DNA from: a virus
Taxonomy: Duplodnaviria > Caudoviricetes
Direction: 5' to 3' (one strand)
IMG/VR virus record: IMGVR_UViG_3300030060_004945
Span: 1-58,691 of that record
DNA length: 58,691 nt
A program made the translations under genes and the position numbers. This document shows positions 1-8,973 of this stretch, piece by piece. Each line of letters opens with the position of its first letter. Within the stretch, counting starts at the first letter, position 1. Under the pieces are notes generated by a model. The model was not told the DNA's origin, ran no database searches, and worked only from the letters and a program-made list of their open reading frames with translations.

Positions 1-100
1 ACGCAGGCTAAAGCTAAAAAGGCTACTGCTAAAGTAAAAGCAGCTAAGAATGAAAAGCAAAAAGCAAGAGCTGTAGAACAAAGATCTAAAGCAAGAGATA
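1..100. repeat. Terminal overlap copy (circular assembly)
   Basis: Bases 1-100 match 58592-58691 except at position 99. Confidence 0.95.
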
Positions 101-330
101 AAGCTAAATCTCAATACGATAAGAGTACAGCTAAGGTGGCTGATAAAAAAGCTAAGAGAGCTGAAAGATCTAAGAAAGCCAAAACAACTGTTGATAAAGC
201 TCAGGCTTTAGTGAACAGAAAAATAGAGCAGACAAGGGCTGGCAAGTATAGAAGGTCTCGTCCAGATAGCTGGTCAAAAAGACACAGCGGAAAATTTACA
301 GGAAAAGGTTATGGAAAATCAAAATCATAG
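1..330 (+). CDS. 3' part of a K/A/R-rich basic protein starting at 58343 (about 192 aa across the junction)
   Basis: Frame 1 is open from base 1 (TQAKAKK...) to TAG 328-330 and in frame with ATG 58343 across the overlap. Confidence 0.85.
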   Translation, partial: TQAKAKKATAKVKAAKNEKQKARAVEQRSKARDKAKSQYDKSTAKVADKKAKRAERSKKAKTTVDKAQALVNRKIEQTRAGKYRRSRPDSWSKRHSGKFTGKGYGKSKS

Positions 331-598
331 TAAATATTATTACGATTATACAAGAAATATGTCAGAAGAACAAATAAAAAATTCACCATGCGGAAGACCA
401 GTGTGTCACTGTTGCAAAGGCGCTTCAGAGTGCCCTCATGAAGTTTGTGAGTGTAAAGATCATGTAGGTCCATCTCTTGAAGCTTGGACAGAAAGCATTA
501 AAAGAAACAAGATAGGTTTAGATGTATTTATCGATGAATTAGAGTCTTGTGAAAAAGAAGGTTGTGAAAACGATCCTAACTCTTGTAGTGACTGTTAA
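311..598 (+). CDS. Small Cys-rich hypothetical protein
   Basis: ORF with CxxxxCxCC, CxxxxCxC and C-terminal CxxC clusters. Confidence 0.7.
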   Translation: MENQNHSKYYYDYTRNMSEEQIKNSPCGRPVCHCCKGASECPHEVCECKDHVGPSLEAWTESIKRNKIGLDVFIDELESCEKEGCENDPNSCSDC

Positions 599-600
599 AT

Positions 601-816
601 ATGGAAGAGATTTTAAAACTTATAGAAGGATATGGACTACCTTTAGTTTTATTATTGGGTGCTTTATATGCTCTATACCGTTTCCTCGTTTTTTCGCTTT
701 ATGAGGTAAAGAATCAATTTTCACGTCATCATGAAAGAGCGGCCGACAATATGCAGGATATTAAAAAGAAATTAGATATTATATTAGAATATATTAGAAA
801 AAAAAATGGCTCGTAA
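601..816 (+). CDS. Small membrane protein (holin-like, one TM plus coiled coil)
   Basis: Hydrophobic YGLPLVLLLGALYALYRFLV followed by an amphipathic tail. Confidence 0.6.
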   Translation: MEEILKLIEGYGLPLVLLLGALYALYRFLVFSLYEVKNQFSRHHERAADNMQDIKKKLDIILEYIRKKNGS

Positions 817-970
817 GAAAACAGGCAGAAAGAAAGGAAATAAAATTTGTCCCGCAGGTATAGCTTGGGCTAAAAGAACCTTTGACAAATACCCTTCTGC
901 TTATGCTAATCTTGCAGCATCTAAATATTGTAAAGACCCTAACTACGCTAAAAAATCAAAAAGAAAATGA
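806..970 (+). CDS. Small basic protein (54 aa, MARKKTGRKKGNKICPAGIAWAKRTFDKYPSAYAN...)
   Basis: Translated by eye; below the ORF-track cutoff; ATGA-coupled to the next ORF. Confidence 0.8.
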   Translation: MARKKTGRKKGNKICPAGIAWAKRTFDKYPSAYANLAASKYCKDPNYAKKSKRK

Positions 971-1095
971 ATCTAAAACAGATGAAAGAAGTTGTTAAGC
1001 AACTTAAAGGAGCGTCAAAGATGCACGCTATGCAAGCAGCTAAAATTGAGAAGATGATCAAATCAATGAAGCCTAAGCCTAAAAAGAAAAAGTAA
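967..1095 (+). CDS. Small basic protein (42 aa, MNLKQMKEVVKQLKGASKMHA...)
   Basis: ATGA and TAATG overlaps with both neighbours. Confidence 0.75.
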   Translation: MNLKQMKEVVKQLKGASKMHAMQAAKIEKMIKSMKPKPKKKK

Positions 1096-1334
1096 TGGGC
1101 GAGCTTAAAAAATGGTTAAACGAAAAGTGGGTACGTATAGGTACTGATGGATCTATATTGGGTGAATGCGGAACAAGCAAAAACAAAAAGAATCCAGATA
1201 GATGTTTACCATTAAATAAGGCTAAAAGTTTATCTAAAGCTGAAAGAGCTGCTACTGCAAAACGTAAAAAGAGGTACGGAAGAAAAGGAAAGCAGTTTGT
1301 AAGTAATACTAAAAAAGCAAAAGTACGATCATGA
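1095..1334 (+). CDS. Small basic phage protein (possibly DUF5872-like)
   Basis: LKKW..EKWV, RCLP and GKQFV..T motifs recalled from conserved phage basic proteins. Confidence 0.75.
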   Translation: MGELKKWLNEKWVRIGTDGSILGECGTSKNKKNPDRCLPLNKAKSLSKAERAATAKRKKRYGRKGKQFVSNTKKAKVRS

Positions 1335-1471
1335 AAACATCAGGCATAAGAAAGCAATATAAAAAAAGACAGTTAACTAAAGGGCAGCAAAAGATTGCTA
1401 AGGCAGCTCCTCCTTATAATAAAATAACTGGAGCTGATTTTAGAGCCTTAAAGAAAAGAAAAAAACGATAA
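1331..1471 (+). CDS. Small basic protein (46 aa, ...KIAKAAPPYNKITGADFRALKKRKKR)
   Basis: Translated by eye; ATGA and TAATG coupling. Confidence 0.75.
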   Translation: MKTSGIRKQYKKRQLTKGQQKIAKAAPPYNKITGADFRALKKRKKR

Positions 1472-1767
1472 TGGCGAGAGTCAGTAAAAAGAATATGAAA
1501 TGTAATGTGGTTCGTTCCAGCACAAGACCTGGTAAGAAGCGCATGGTAAAAGCTTGTGAGGGTGGTAGAGAAAAGATCATTCACTTCGGGGCTAAAGGCT
1601 ACGGTCACAACTATTCTTCTGCTGCACGTAAATCTTTCAAAGCAAGACATAAATGCGGTACAGCTAAATCAAAACTAACAGCAAGATATTGGGCCTGTAA
1701 AAATCTTTGGGCCGGAAAGGGTGGGTCAACAAAATCCAGCCCTAAAAGTAGAAGAGGAAAATATTAG
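1471..1767 (+). CDS. Basic phage protein (KIIHFG...RKSFKARHKC...ARYWAC)
   Basis: ORF track; motif typical of a widespread small phage family. Confidence 0.8.
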   Translation: MARVSKKNMKCNVVRSSTRPGKKRMVKACEGGREKIIHFGAKGYGHNYSSAARKSFKARHKCGTAKSKLTARYWACKNLWAGKGGSTKSSPKSRRGKY

Positions 1768-1775
1768 TATATTTG
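1768..1775 (+). promoter_or_regulatory. Bacteroidota -7 promoter element TATATTTG
   Basis: TAnnTTTG in the intergenic gap, 15 nt upstream of ATG 1791. Confidence 0.65.
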
Positions 1776-1790
1776 TAAAAAATTAAAGAT

Positions 1791-1961
1791 ATGCCAACAG
1801 TAAAGTATAAATGTGGAAACACAGGAAAAATGAAAACTAAAACTTTCCCTTACAACGCAGTAGGAAAAGCACAAGCCGCTGAATTTGCAAAAACAATGGG
1901 CGGTACAAAAAAGAATAACCCAGGCTATGGCATGGAAAAAAGAATGACATCAAACTATTAA
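1791..1961 (+). CDS. Small basic protein (56 aa, MPTVKYKCGNTGKMKTKTFPYNAVGK...)
   Basis: Translated by eye; follows a promoter motif. Confidence 0.75.
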   Translation: MPTVKYKCGNTGKMKTKTFPYNAVGKAQAAEFAKTMGGTKKNNPGYGMEKRMTSNY

Positions 1962-1963
1962 TT

Positions 1964-2173
1964 ATGAAAAAGCAAGGATACAACGCAAGATTAGATGAGT
2001 CTTTAGGTAACAAACATAAAGGCAAACACTCACAATCATACAAAGATCGTAGAGACGAGTCTAAAGCAATGTCTAAAAAAAGGTATGGACACGCTTATGG
2101 CGGAGACCACTCTATGGAGTATGAAAGAGTTAACAATGTGAAAAAGCACATTAGCGCATCTATTAGAAAGTAA
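1964..2173 (+). CDS. Small basic protein (QGYNARLDESLG)
   Basis: ORF track; coupled to neighbours. Confidence 0.75.
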   Translation: MKKQGYNARLDESLGNKHKGKHSQSYKDRRDESKAMSKKRYGHAYGGDHSMEYERVNNVKKHISASIRK

Positions 2174-2382
2174 TGGCAAAGATGCGTACTAAAAAGAAGG
2201 GAGACTTTCCGGCTGTTAAAAAATCTAACGAAGGAAAGTTTACTTCATGGGTCAAAAGAAACATGAAAGGCACGTCTACATGTGATGCCGCTTCTAAGAT
2301 AATGAAGGATACAGAAAAGTATTCTAAAAATGTAGTAGAGATGGCCAACTACGCTAACAATTTTGGCTGTAAAAGAAAATAA
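2173..2382 (+). CDS. Small basic protein (GKFTSW...ANYANNF)
   Basis: ORF track; TAATG coupling. Confidence 0.75.
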   Translation: MAKMRTKKKGDFPAVKKSNEGKFTSWVKRNMKGTSTCDAASKIMKDTEKYSKNVVEMANYANNFGCKRK

Positions 2383-2562
2383 ATGAAAAGAACGAAACTA
2401 AGCGAATTGAAATCAAGAGGTCTGGGTGACAGTATAGAAAAATTCACCAAGGCAACAGGTATTAAGAAAGTTGTTGATACTGTTGCTAAAGCTACTAACA
2501 CTGATTGTGGTTGTGGTAAAAGAAGAGACGCATTGAACAGAATATTCCCTTACGATAAATAA
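2383..2562 (+). CDS. Small protein (59 aa, GLGDSIEKFTKATGIKKVV...DCGC..RR..LN)
   Basis: Translated by eye; GLGD/CGC motif recalled from Bacteroidota phage proteins. Confidence 0.8.
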   Translation: MKRTKLSELKSRGLGDSIEKFTKATGIKKVVDTVAKATNTDCGCGKRRDALNRIFPYDK

Positions 2563-2568
2563 AAAACT

Positions 2569-3063
2569 ATGGCGTATCAAAGATTACAGGTCAGCAGATC
2601 ATTAGCGGTTATACCAAGTACAACTGTACTTATTCCAGACCCAGCAACAGAAATGTTTTCTGGAGTTGCTGACTTTTCGGTAGCTGGAACACTAACTGAT
2701 GTAGGAACAACATTTACTACTTTAGGTATCCAAGTAGGAAAAGCAATTGTATATAATACTACAGCGGGTATTGCTTATTACGTAGATGGTGTTACAGATA
2801 ATTTAAACTTATCTTTATCTCCATCTTCTGCTGGAGGTGCTACTGATGCTTACGTTATATATGCTAACGCTACTCAAGCGTGTAGTCTTTACAGTGGAAC
2901 AGCTCAAGACATAACAGTATTTATGTCTGCTGACACAGGTAACATGCACGCTCCAACAACTACACAAAAATTTGTAGCAGTACCAGCTGGATCATTTATG
3001 CCAACATTGGTTACAGGTGTTTCTACAGCTGACAGTCCAACTAACTTAGTAGCTCTCTGGTAA
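2569..3063 (+). CDS. Putative virion structural protein
   Basis: T/A/G-rich beta-type sequence ending in LVALW. Confidence 0.6.
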   Translation: MAYQRLQVSRSLAVIPSTTVLIPDPATEMFSGVADFSVAGTLTDVGTTFTTLGIQVGKAIVYNTTAGIAYYVDGVTDNLNLSLSPSSAGGATDAYVIYANATQACSLYSGTAQDITVFMSADTGNMHAPTTTQKFVAVPAGSFMPTLVTGVSTADSPTNLVALW

Positions 3064-3064
3064 T

Positions 3065-3832
3065 ATGCCTACAGGGATTGGAGCAGGCATAGCGGGTCAA
3101 GTATTTACTGAGCCACATTCTTCGGCAGCAGTAACCTGCCCTACAGTATATTCATGTTCTTATGATGGGGTTACAGAAGCCCAACAAGGATCAGCTGTAC
3201 CTGGATTAGGCGCATCAGACTTTTCAATATCTTTTTGGATTAAAACACCAGACCCGTCAGGAGCTGGCGTAAACCAAAGAGTTATTGGTAAGTTTAGTGG
3301 GACAACACAGTGGAGTATATATTACAATCAATCTACAGCTAAGTTTCAGTGGGTAAGTTCAGGAACAGGGACAAGCTGGAATGATGGTTACGGTACTCAC
3401 ACCCCAGTGGCAGGTCAGTGGGAACACATTGTTTATTCAGTAGATAGAAGTGGTGATGCAGTTTGGTATTTCAATGGAGGAACACCAAACACTCTTAGTG
3501 TTTCTTCTACAACTATAAACTTTGGTACTGACGGTATTTTGTATGTTGGTAGAAATGCTTCTGGTCAGTATTTTGAGGGAAACATTACAGAAGTTTCTAT
3601 GTGGAACAAAGCTCTTACCGCAGGGGAAGTTTTAGAGCTTTACAATAATATGGCTGGTGATAAGAAATGTTTGGGGGATCTTAGTATGGGCGCTAACTTA
3701 ACTAACTGGTGGAGAATGTTTAACCCTTCAGGAGCTTATGTTGATCCTATTCCAAATGCAGCTTCTGGCGGAACAATAACACTTACTAATATTAACATGG
3801 ATGCTACTAATGTATCCACAGATGTACCTTAA
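3065..3832 (+). CDS. Concanavalin A/LamG-like domain protein
   Basis: FSISFWIK, WEHIVYS and YFEGNITEVSMWNKALT motifs. Confidence 0.85.
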   Translation: MPTGIGAGIAGQVFTEPHSSAAVTCPTVYSCSYDGVTEAQQGSAVPGLGASDFSISFWIKTPDPSGAGVNQRVIGKFSGTTQWSIYYNQSTAKFQWVSSGTGTSWNDGYGTHTPVAGQWEHIVYSVDRSGDAVWYFNGGTPNTLSVSSTTINFGTDGILYVGRNASGQYFEGNITEVSMWNKALTAGEVLELYNNMAGDKKCLGDLSMGANLTNWWRMFNPSGAYVDPIPNAASGGTITLTNINMDATNVSTDVP

Positions 3833-3835
3833 TAT

Positions 3836-4114
3836 ATGGCTTTATTATATGTAGTAGCACCAGACACAGCAATGAGAACTTTAGATTTTTCTTGGGTAAA
3901 AGAAGACTCTTGGGATGAAACGAGATGGGCAACAGACAAGAGGTCAGCTATAATTCACTGGGAGTCCACCACACAAGATCCTAACCTTACAGTTTGGTTA
4001 AGAGATAATAGAATAGACAGAAACATAGTTGATAAAGATTTCATGAATACCTTCACCAGGGACACCGCCAGAAGCGCCTGGGTTAATCAGCCAACACCAC
4101 CACCAAGACCTTAA
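3836..4114 (+). CDS. Hypothetical protein
   Basis: ORF in operon context. Confidence 0.65.
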   Translation: MALLYVVAPDTAMRTLDFSWVKEDSWDETRWATDKRSAIIHWESTTQDPNLTVWLRDNRIDRNIVDKDFMNTFTRDTARSAWVNQPTPPPRP

Positions 4115-4118
4115 TATT

Positions 4119-4418
4119 ATGAGCAACGGAAACAATAAGACAAATAAAACACACAGAGATCTTTTGAAGAATGCCAAAAGAAATAGTGATGGATTAAATT
4201 ATAACACACAACCTTCAACATCAGATTCTGCAAGTAGAGGTAATACTTTCAATCCAGCAACTGTTAACGTCACACCAAAAAAGAAACCGACTCGTCAAAA
4301 AACTCGTGAAGAAATAACAGGAGTAATATATGATCCGGTTAAAAAAAGAGTAGATGCGGCAAAGCAAGCTAATCCTTTAGTAAGATTATTTACAGGAATA
4401 AAACCCATGGGTTCTTAA
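4119..4418 (+). CDS. Hypothetical protein
   Basis: ORF in operon context. Confidence 0.6.
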   Translation: MSNGNNKTNKTHRDLLKNAKRNSDGLNYNTQPSTSDSASRGNTFNPATVNVTPKKKPTRQKTREEITGVIYDPVKKRVDAAKQANPLVRLFTGIKPMGS

Positions 4419-4431
4419 TAAAAAATTTTAT

Positions 4432-4439
4432 TACCTTTG
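4432..4439 (+). promoter_or_regulatory. -7 promoter element TACCTTTG (lysis module)
   Basis: Intergenic TAnnTTTG match. Confidence 0.6.
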
Positions 4440-4510
4440 TGTTCATGAAATGGACACAGACAGCAACATGGGTAGGAAGGATCGTTTGGATCTCAACTAA
4501 CACCTAAAAA

Positions 4511-4669
4511 ATGCAACAAGAAGTGAAAGACACAGTAGCAGTAGTAGGAGCTAACGCAGGAGCGTTTGGTATTACATTAGCCAACATTAATGAAGTTTTA
4601 ACATTTATCTCTCTTGCTTTAGCAATAGCATATACCGCTGTTAAGCTTTACAGAATGTATAAAAAATAA
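4511..4669 (+). CDS. Small holin-like membrane protein (52 aa)
   Basis: MQQEVKDTVAVVGANAGAFGITLANINEVLTFISLALAIAYTAVKLYRMYKK; directly upstream of the putative endolysin. Confidence 0.7.
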   Translation: MQQEVKDTVAVVGANAGAFGITLANINEVLTFISLALAIAYTAVKLYRMYKK

Positions 4670-4672
4670 AAT

Positions 4673-5143
4673 TTGGAATTAGAAGTATTAAGATTTAGTT
4701 CAGAAGCAGACTCCACACACGGTCTGCTTTTTGAGTTATCAGATGTAGGTAGAAGATTCTTATGCTATACCTTAGAAGACGAGGCTCGTGTTTTAAAAGT
4801 AAGAGGAGAAACAAGAATACCTGCCGGAACGTACAAGATAGAACTAAGAAAAGAAGGAGGATTTCATGAAAGATATACTAAAAAATATCCTGGCATACAC
4901 CGTGGTATGCTTCATATTACTGATGTCCCTGGCTTTGAGTATATTCTTATTCATACTGGGAACACTGACGAACACACTTCTGGATGCCTCATCGTGGGCG
5001 ATGTCCAAGAAAACAACCAAATATTCAGAGATGGGTTTGTTGGAAAAAGTGTTAATGCGTATAAAAGGATTTATCCTGCTATTGCAAAAGCCATAGCTAA
5101 CGGAGAAGAAGTAACAATTAAATATACTGATTATGATAAATAA
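4673..5143 (+). CDS. DUF5675-family putative endolysin (L,D-transpeptidase-like)
   Basis: CYTLED, ETRIPAGTY and ILIHTGN...TSGCLIVG motifs; TTG start. Confidence 0.8.
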   Translation: MELEVLRFSSEADSTHGLLFELSDVGRRFLCYTLEDEARVLKVRGETRIPAGTYKIELRKEGGFHERYTKKYPGIHRGMLHITDVPGFEYILIHTGNTDEHTSGCLIVGDVQENNQIFRDGFVGKSVNAYKRIYPAIAKAIANGEEVTIKYTDYDK

Positions 5144-5540
5144 ATTATTAGGAGGGCTTTTTGGTAAGGTTGTTGACAACGCTGAAGGTATACTTGACGA
5201 AGTAATTACAACCGATGAAGAAAGAGAAAAGGTTAAGTTAGAATTAAAAAAAATAATACTTGAAGCAGAGCGTGAAGCTTTTGCTAAAGAAGTAGAAGAT
5301 AGAAAAGACGCACGATCTTTGTATAAAGACGATGCTTTTATTCAAAAGATATTAGCAGGTCTTTTCACTATAGCTTACTTTGCTTTGACTTATGTTATGT
5401 TTCAATATTTTGTTTTACACACTGTGGTTTTAACAGAATATGAGATAGGTTTTATTTCTACAACCTTCGGAGCTATGTCAGCTAAAGTAAACACTATTAT
5501 TGACTTTTTCTTTGGGGGGAGCAGTAAACAACAAGACTAA
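5133..5540 (+). CDS. Holin (3TM/GTA-holin-like)
   Basis: Amphipathic N-terminus, DRKDAR motif, two TM segments, FFFGGSS ending. Confidence 0.75.
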   Translation: MINKLLGGLFGKVVDNAEGILDEVITTDEEREKVKLELKKIILEAEREAFAKEVEDRKDARSLYKDDAFIQKILAGLFTIAYFALTYVMFQYFVLHTVVLTEYEIGFISTTFGAMSAKVNTIIDFFFGGSSKQQD

Positions 5541-5550
5541 ATAAATTTAC

Positions 5551-5558
5551 TATCTTTG
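5551..5558 (+). promoter_or_regulatory. -7 promoter element TATCTTTG
   Basis: Intergenic TAnnTTTG. Confidence 0.65.
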
Positions 5559-5582
5559 CATTATTAACTTAAATTTACTAAA

Positions 5583-5825
5583 ATGGAAAAAATCAAAGAC
5601 GAAGAACTAAAACGTTTACAGGATCTTCACGCAGAGTTTAACAAGGTTAAGTCTCAGATTGGAGATGCTGAATTACAAAAACAAAACCTTATACTAAAGG
5701 TTCATGAGCTAAAAGATGAGTTCACGAAATTAGAAAAGGGTTTGATGGAAACATACGGACACGATGCTGTCATAAATTTAGAGACAGGAGAAGTAAAGAA
5801 AAAAGAAAATGGCGAAAATAAGTAA
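5583..5825 (+). CDS. Small coiled-coil protein (possible tail-fibre chaperone)
   Basis: Heptad pattern and C-terminal YG...INLETGE. Confidence 0.65.
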   Translation: MEKIKDEELKRLQDLHAEFNKVKSQIGDAELQKQNLILKVHELKDEFTKLEKGLMETYGHDAVINLETGEVKKKENGENK

Positions 5826-6339
5826 CACCACTGTTTATCCAAACGTAATACCTGCTGCTGATGACTTTGTTATCTTAACAGATGTTAATGATAATGATAA
5901 AACTAAAACAGCTAAGGTTAGCGACTTTCAGTCTTACTTTGGTACATCCAGCTTGGAGGTTACTATAACTTCAGCACAACTTTTAACATCTTTTACTCAA
6001 CCTGTTGTTCTCCTTACATGTGGAGCTAATGAGTTTATAACTGTTCTTAGTGTTACCCAAAAATATAACTTTGTTACTACTCCTTATGTTTTTGCTGGTG
6101 GTAGCAATATACTTATAACTAACAACGGATCTACTGCTGCACCAAATGCACAATACCAACTTAGGACTATTGATGGGGCTGCGGTAAATGAAGTTGGTTC
6201 TTCGGTAGGCCCAGTTAAGACTCTATACCCTTTACCAGGGGGAGCTAATAGCTTGACTTTTCAAAGCACTATAGCAAATCCCACTGGAGGAGACGGAACA
6301 CTGAAATTATCAATACTTTACAGAAAGGTAACAATATAA
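5809..6339 (+). CDS. Short tail fibre/structural protein
   Basis: N-terminus paralogous to the next gene. Confidence 0.65.
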   Translation: MAKISNTTVYPNVIPAADDFVILTDVNDNDKTKTAKVSDFQSYFGTSSLEVTITSAQLLTSFTQPVVLLTCGANEFITVLSVTQKYNFVTTPYVFAGGSNILITNNGSTAAPNAQYQLRTIDGAAVNEVGSSVGPVKTLYPLPGGANSLTFQSTIANPTGGDGTLKLSILYRKVTI

Positions 6340-6345
6340 AGAAAG

Positions 6346-8178
6346 ATGGCTAAAATTGAAAACACTACAGTATATCCTACAGTCACCCCAGCAGCGGATG
6401 ACTTACTGATCGCAACTGATGTTAGCAACGAAAATAAAACGGTAACATTTTTAGTAAGCGATATAATTGGTGGAACTGGTGTTCTTCAAGGATTACAATC
6501 TGTTTTAGATACAGGTAATACAGCTACTGAAAATATAAACCTTACTGGTAATATTACAGTAATAGGTACGGTATATCCAACCACTATTACAGCTGCTGGA
6601 TCTGTGGGTGCAGCTGGACAGATATTATCTTCTACAGGAACAGGTCTTCAATGGATTAATTCTCCTGCTGTAACTTGTTGTAACCTACAAGACGTGATGA
6701 CAGTGGGGGCTTCTACTAACATCACTATGGTTACTACCGCTGGTATTACCATGCAGGGAGCTGGTCAAACATTAGCATTGTCTAATAATACAGATATGAC
6801 TCTTGCAGCAAGCTGTTCTATTACAACAGAGGATGATATTAATTTAGGAGTTGCTTCTATATTAAACTTTGGGACTACTTCTGTAATTAATGATTATTCT
6901 GGTAGTACGGGTACAGCGGGACAAGTTCTTACTGTAAACGCTTTAGGAACAGGTGTTCAGTGGAGCACTCTTCCAGCTCAATCAACACCAACTTTACAGC
7001 AAGTTTTAACTGCTGGTAATACAGCTACAGGTATAGGTATTGATTTTCTTGGAACATCTACTACTACATTTGGAGCTAATGCTTCTATTGTTTCTAATGG
7101 AGGAAACACATGGAATGGGACCAATACATTTACCGCTAACGGAACCACATCCTCAACAGCTGGTATTGTGCTTAGTGGTTCGTTATATGATGGAGCTGGA
7201 ACAGGAGCTGTTGGGCAGATTTTAACATCTACCGCTACTGGAGTTTCTTGGCAAGCAGCAGGAACAGGATCACAAAATTTACAACAAGTTTTAACTATAG
7301 GTAATACTGCTACTTTAGATATTATTACTACAGGTACAATGGATGCAACAACTATTACAGATGGTGCTTCTTCAGTTGGTACAGTAGGTCAGGTTCTTAC
7401 CTCAACAGGTACAGGATTACAATGGACTACCTTAGCTACTGGTGGTGTAACATCTGTTTCACAAGCGGCTCCATCTGCATCAACAGGTTCTCCACAAACA
7501 ATATCACCTACTACAGGAGCGGTTGTTGTTACACCTCACACTTATGCTGGTGGTGCTAATGTTGGTTACGTTCCTTCTGGCGGTACAGCTACAACTGTTC
7601 TTGCTGGTGACGGTACATGGACTTCTAACGGTCCAATGCATATGGTTACTAAAGAGGTTGGAGGAATTAGAATGGGTGGTTCTGCAAATGATTATTATAT
7701 TCGTCACAATGTTACTCAAAATACACCCGTATGGAGTATAGGAACTATTAACAGTCTTGGTACATCTTCTCCTAACGCATTAGGAGCGGCTATGACGCAA
7801 GCTAACCATCTTGCAGGATTATTTTTTATAAACCCTGGGGTGGGAGGTTCTGGTGTTACGACAGATGATATGGAATTTATGTCTATAAGCGTTTCTTTTA
7901 CTTCGACTTTAGCCTCATTTACAGCTGGAGTAACATTTACATTTGAGCTTTGGAAAACAGCTGAGTGTGTTAAAGGAACTTATGCAAGAGCTTGGTTTGG
8001 AAGTGGTATAGTAAATACTGCCGGTGATATTGTTTGTCAAGATTTAACATCCGTAGGTGGAGGTACTGAGAAGTTAGAACCAGCGACAGCTTACTTTCTG
8101 ACTGTTAATGTAGATCAAGCTACCGCTAACGATAATTTCCAAGCTAACATCGCTGCTGCTATAAGATATACTCAATAA
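6346..8178 (+). CDS. Tail fibre protein
   Basis: G/T-rich; repeated LQxVLxxGNTAT and GQ(V/I)L.STGTG.QW units. Confidence 0.8.
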   Translation: MAKIENTTVYPTVTPAADDLLIATDVSNENKTVTFLVSDIIGGTGVLQGLQSVLDTGNTATENINLTGNITVIGTVYPTTITAAGSVGAAGQILSSTGTGLQWINSPAVTCCNLQDVMTVGASTNITMVTTAGITMQGAGQTLALSNNTDMTLAASCSITTEDDINLGVASILNFGTTSVINDYSGSTGTAGQVLTVNALGTGVQWSTLPAQSTPTLQQVLTAGNTATGIGIDFLGTSTTTFGANASIVSNGGNTWNGTNTFTANGTTSSTAGIVLSGSLYDGAGTGAVGQILTSTATGVSWQAAGTGSQNLQQVLTIGNTATLDIITTGTMDATTITDGASSVGTVGQVLTSTGTGLQWTTLATGGVTSVSQAAPSASTGSPQTISPTTGAVVVTPHTYAGGANVGYVPSGGTATTVLAGDGTWTSNGPMHMVTKEVGGIRMGGSANDYYIRHNVTQNTPVWSIGTINSLGTSSPNALGAAMTQANHLAGLFFINPGVGGSGVTTDDMEFMSISVSFTSTLASFTAGVTFTFELWKTAECVKGTYARAWFGSGIVNTAGDIVCQDLTSVGGGTEKLEPATAYFLTVNVDQATANDNFQANIAAAIRYTQ

Positions 8179-8194
8179 ATTAAAATCAAATGAA

Positions 8195-8413
8195 ATGGAC
8201 ATTAGAAAAATATCAATTGGTGCAGATTATAAGTCTGGCGCTATGCATTACATTGTTGGGCAACCTATCTTAGGAAATACCCACATCATACACCTTATAC
8301 AAGAACACGAGGAAGGATATAAAATCTGGATTCAAAAAGAAGACGAAATATATCTCTGGAAAGAGTTTCGTAAAACATTACCTATATCTTTAGAATTTAA
8401 TATTAATTTTTAA
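8195..8413 (+). CDS. Conserved hypothetical protein (IRKISIGADYK..AMHY.VGQ)
   Basis: ORF track; motif recalled from Bacteroidota podoviruses. Confidence 0.7.
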   Translation: MDIRKISIGADYKSGAMHYIVGQPILGNTHIIHLIQEHEEGYKIWIQKEDEIYLWKEFRKTLPISLEFNINF

Positions 8414-8973
8414 TGAAGTCACCATTTAGCTTTATCGTAAAAGCATACAATGAGAGACGATATGATAATATTAAAAAAATAGGTGATATAGATTTTATCA
8501 CCAGTGTTTCTAAAGAAGATCATACCGTTTCAAATAGATTTGCTACAGTAGTGGAAACACCACTACGCTACACAGGTCCTATACAAAAAGGAGACACCCT
8601 GTTGGTTCATCATAATGTTTTTAAATATTATAATGACATGAAGGGAAGGGAGAGAAGTGGTAAAAGTTTTTTTAAAGACGATTTGTTTTTTATTGATCCT
8701 GACCAGTTCTTTTTATACAAACAAAATGGTAAATGGAATGCTCATGGAAAGTATTGTTTTGTGAAACCTATACCCGCAAAAGAATCGTATATATTTAAAA
8801 GAGGAGAAGAGCCTTTGGTTGGAGTGATGAAGTATATCAATCAAGAGTTGTTAGACTTAGGGGTGCAGGAAGGTGATGAGATTTGCTTTCAGCCAGATAG
8901 CGAATATGAGTTTGTAGTTGACGGAGAAAAGGTGTATAGGATGTTTACTGAAAATATAACAATGATATTATGA
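8413..8973 (+). CDS. Tandem (two-domain) GroES-like co-chaperonin
   Basis: Two GroES-like halves: FIVK...ATVVETP...IQKGDTLLVHH and CFVKP...VQEGDEICFQ..SEYEFVVDGEKVYRM...I. Confidence 0.65.
   Translation: MKSPFSFIVKAYNERRYDNIKKIGDIDFITSVSKEDHTVSNRFATVVETPLRYTGPIQKGDTLLVHHNVFKYYNDMKGRERSGKSFFKDDLFFIDPDQFFLYKQNGKWNAHGKYCFVKPIPAKESYIFKRGEEPLVGVMKYINQELLDLGVQEGDEICFQPDSEYEFVVDGEKVYRMFTENITMIL

Noticed and set aside
1-100. Biological direct terminal repeat
   Set aside because: It falls in the middle of a continuous ORF and has the size of an assembler overlap; the single mismatch is at the contig edge.
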